Made by a program: the position numbers and the translations under genes
Shown: positions 61,767 through 64,000 of the stretch, piece by piece
How positions within the stretch are numbered: position 1 is the stretch's first letter
Layout: the number at the start of each line of letters is the position of its first letter
The notes under the pieces: model-generated
What the model saw: only the letters and a program-made list of their open reading frames with translations
The model's database searches: none
What the model was told of the DNA's origin: nothing
Assembly (NCBI GenBank): GCA_052279835.1
Contig: CP181291.1
Span: 4,128,001-4,192,000, forward strand
Source of the DNA: Microcoleus sp.
GTDB taxonomy: Bacteria > Cyanobacteriota > Cyanobacteriia > Cyanobacteriales > Microcoleaceae
Direction of reading: 5' to 3'
Length of the DNA stretch: 64,000 bases

Positions 61767-62996
61767 TTGAATATGCCTGCTTCTGACGAGACAAATAAGG
61801 CGGTTAACCGCAATGAAGCTTTACTCACAGAAATTCTCAAAATAGTTGATAGTCTCCCCAGCATTATTCCAATTAAAGGCGACTTTCAAGAGAAACTGAA
61901 CACTGTACGCTCTGCTATGCAAGGACTACGACCGCCAAGGATCATGGTAATTGGTCGATCTAGAGCTGGTAAATCATCATTAATTAATGCAATATGCGGT
62001 TTGAAAGTTGCACAAGTGAGTGATACAAAGCCAGAGACAGGCGAGGCTGAATGGAAAGATTATCATCATGACGGCGTTGATTTACTACATATTCTGGACA
62101 CACGCGGTTTACAGGAAGCAGAAGCTCCAAGACAAGCCGATTCAGCAAAAGATCCATTTGACAGCATCATGCAAGCTGTAAACAAAGAGTGCCCGGATGT
62201 TGTTCTTTTTATCTGCAAGGCGACAGAAGTTCATAGTGGTAGTCAAGAGGATATTGAGATTTGTACAACGATTCTCACGAAAATCAAGAACAAGTATAAA
62301 CGTGATTTACCAATGATAGGAGTTTTAACCAAGTGTGATGAATTAGCTCCTCCAAGGGTTACTTTACCCACAGATAACGAGAGAAAAAATCGCAATATTG
62401 ACGCAGAAGTTAAAAATTTCTATGGTTATTTACAACAGCGGGAGAAGTTGCGTTTTCATATAAAGGAGGTTGTTCCAACCGTTGCATATGCTGAGTATGA
62501 AGATGGCAGAAATGGCTTGATACTTCCTGACGAAGACTACCGATGGAATATCACTAAATTAGTTGAAATAATGATCCAATATACGCCAAGAGAAACACGC
62601 AGCTCTTTCGCACGAATGGCACACCTTGCAGAGTTTCAACTCACTGCTGCTAATACAGTTGTTGCAGCCTGTTCTGGATTGAGTGGTGTTGTCTCCGCAA
62701 ACCCGATACCTGGTGCAGCAATACCAGTGGTTGCGGCTATTCAAACTTTTATGGTGATGTATATCGGTTGGCTGAGTGGTCGGGAGTTTTCGGAACAAAC
62801 AGTCAAAGATTTTGCGGTAACTTTGGGAGTAGCTGCTGGTGCAAATGCTGGAATGGTGGGCATCGCTGACATTGCTTTAAAGTTCATACCTGGTTGGGGT
62901 AGCGTGCTGTCTGCGGGAGCTAGTACAATTGCTACAAAGGGTTTGGGCGATGCAGCAATCGCTTATTTTCTCAATAACGGTAAAGCCCACTCTTGA
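61767..62996 (+). CDS. Era/MMR_HSR1-like GTPase with hydrophobic C-terminal (DUF697-like) region
   Basis: GRSRAGKSS, DTRG, TKCD; Gly/Ala-rich hydrophobic tail. Confidence 0.88.
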   Translation: MNMPASDETNKAVNRNEALLTEILKIVDSLPSIIPIKGDFQEKLNTVRSAMQGLRPPRIMVIGRSRAGKSSLINAICGLKVAQVSDTKPETGEAEWKDYHHDGVDLLHILDTRGLQEAEAPRQADSAKDPFDSIMQAVNKECPDVVLFICKATEVHSGSQEDIEICTTILTKIKNKYKRDLPMIGVLTKCDELAPPRVTLPTDNERKNRNIDAEVKNFYGYLQQREKLRFHIKEVVPTVAYAEYEDGRNGLILPDEDYRWNITKLVEIMIQYTPRETRSSFARMAHLAEFQLTAANTVVAACSGLSGVVSANPIPGAAIPVVAAIQTFMVMYIGWLSGREFSEQTVKDFAVTLGVAAGANAGMVGIADIALKFIPGWGSVLSAGASTIATKGLGDAAIAYFLNNGKAHS

Positions 62997-63065
62997 CTGC
63001 TAAAATAAGGGCGATCGCCTGTGATGATTGTGTTAAAATCAAGACGACTGAAAGAGGCAATTATT

Positions 63066-63326
63066 ATGACTATTCGTGAGATCGCGATCGCCAAATTACA
63101 GCAACTTCCAGAATCATTTTTGCCAGAAGTCAGCGAGTTCATCGACTTTGTGATGCACAAGCACCAAAATAGAATAGCTCAACCCAAAATCCCAGATGAT
63201 ATTGCTAAAGCTTGGGCAAAATGGTTCGAGGAGGTCGATCGCCTGGAAGTAACGACTAATCAGCCGGAGAGCGAATATCAGCAACTTCTACTCAACAAGT
63301 ATCGGCAACAAGGTTTAGAGCTATGA
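63066..63326 (+). CDS. Putative antitoxin (DUF2281-like)
   Basis: LQQLPESFLPEVSEFIDF; ATGA overlap with the PIN gene. Confidence 0.75.
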   Translation: MTIREIAIAKLQQLPESFLPEVSEFIDFVMHKHQNRIAQPKIPDDIAKAWAKWFEEVDRLEVTTNQPESEYQQLLLNKYRQQGLEL

Positions 63327-63736
63327 TCCTATGCGATGCAGGAGTTTTACTTTGTCTGGTCGATCGCACTCAACCTCAGCACATTGCTTACCGAAATGCG
63401 GTTATGCCCTTAGCAAAGCCTCTCGTTACAACCTGGTCATGTCTGACAGAAGCCATGTATCTTGCTCTTCATCGAGGCGGATGGATGATGCAAAAACATT
63501 TGGGTCAACTTCTTTTAGATAAAATGCTGACAATTTACGAGATTCAGGAATGTGACTACAGCCGTTTATTGGAACTAATGGAACAGTATCGCGATCGACC
63601 AATGGATTTAGCTGATGCCACCCTAGTTTTGACTGCCGAAAAAACAGGGTATCGTCAAATTCTTACTGTCGATTCTGACTTCTTGTTTTATCGTATTGGC
63701 AATCGGGATAGCTTTGACATCATTCAAGTTCGCTGA
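63323..63736 (+). CDS. vapC: PIN-domain VapC-type toxin
   Basis: ILCDAG, LTEA, MDLADA, LTVDSDF acidic PIN residues. Confidence 0.88.
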   Translation: MILCDAGVLLCLVDRTQPQHIAYRNAVMPLAKPLVTTWSCLTEAMYLALHRGGWMMQKHLGQLLLDKMLTIYEIQECDYSRLLELMEQYRDRPMDLADATLVLTAEKTGYRQILTVDSDFLFYRIGNRDSFDIIQVR

Positions 63737-63749
63737 CAACCTTATTATC

Positions 63750-63977
63750 ATGCAAACCAAAACGATCGCCATTCGCGTTAATGCTGAAGTTGCTAAGCTA
63801 TTTGAGGCTGCTTCTGAAGAACAGCGTCGTAAATTAGAGGCATTACTTAGCCTGAAACTTAGTGATGCAATTCGACGCAAAAGACCCCTAGAGGAGGTAA
63901 TGAGTGAGATGAGTCGGAATGCTCAATCGCGAGGATTGACTCCAGAAATTTTGGATTCAATTCTTTCTGAGGAGTGA
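63750..63977 (+). CDS. Putative antitoxin
   Basis: Small ORF ending RGLTPEILDSIL, 1 bp before a PIN-like start. Confidence 0.72.
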   Translation: MQTKTIAIRVNAEVAKLFEAASEEQRRKLEALLSLKLSDAIRRKRPLEEVMSEMSRNAQSRGLTPEILDSILSEE

Positions 63978-63978
63978 G

Positions 63979-64000
63979 ATGCGCTACGTTTTTGACACAA
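63979..64000 (+). CDS. Start of a probable PIN-family toxin (cut by window end)
   Basis: MRYVFDT matches the PIN N-terminal VxDTN motif; only 7 codons visible. Confidence 0.55.

Noticed and set aside
1..64000. tRNA, rRNA or riboswitch (including near cobT)
   Set aside because: None recognised by eye; a tRNAscan/Rfam run would be needed to exclude them

Overview
64-kb chromosomal window from a filamentous cyanobacterium. HIP1 (GCGATCGC) is abundant, phycobilisome genes are present, and the intergenic repeats suggest Oscillatoriales/Microcoleus-like (genus is inference). Housekeeping genes (ftsY, argH, coaX, flv3/flv1, cpcG/cpcS/nblA, cobT, pgsA, nadC) surround an accessory block at about 18-34 kb. 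That block holds (i) a caspase-nSTAND-TM-WD40 gene split by an IS630, next to a papain-like protease with a large insertion and a divergent Trypco1-like gene; (ii) the best candidate for an undescribed system: an XRE repressor plus ImmA/IrrE metallopeptidase pair facing a five-gene operon (small ORF, putative ssDNA-binding protein, Cys4 coiled coil, two paralogous long coiled-coil proteins) across a bidirectional promoter with three GTTGA-N8-TCAA boxes; (iii) an Rhs toxin scar around an orphan immunity-like gene. Also present: one intact tnpB element and five IS200/IS605 derivatives retaining the right end, a mosaic Uma2 triplet, two in-frame insertions in HIP1-type sites, two probable frameshifts, and toxin-antitoxin pairs. 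All assignments come from motif reading only; no searches were run.
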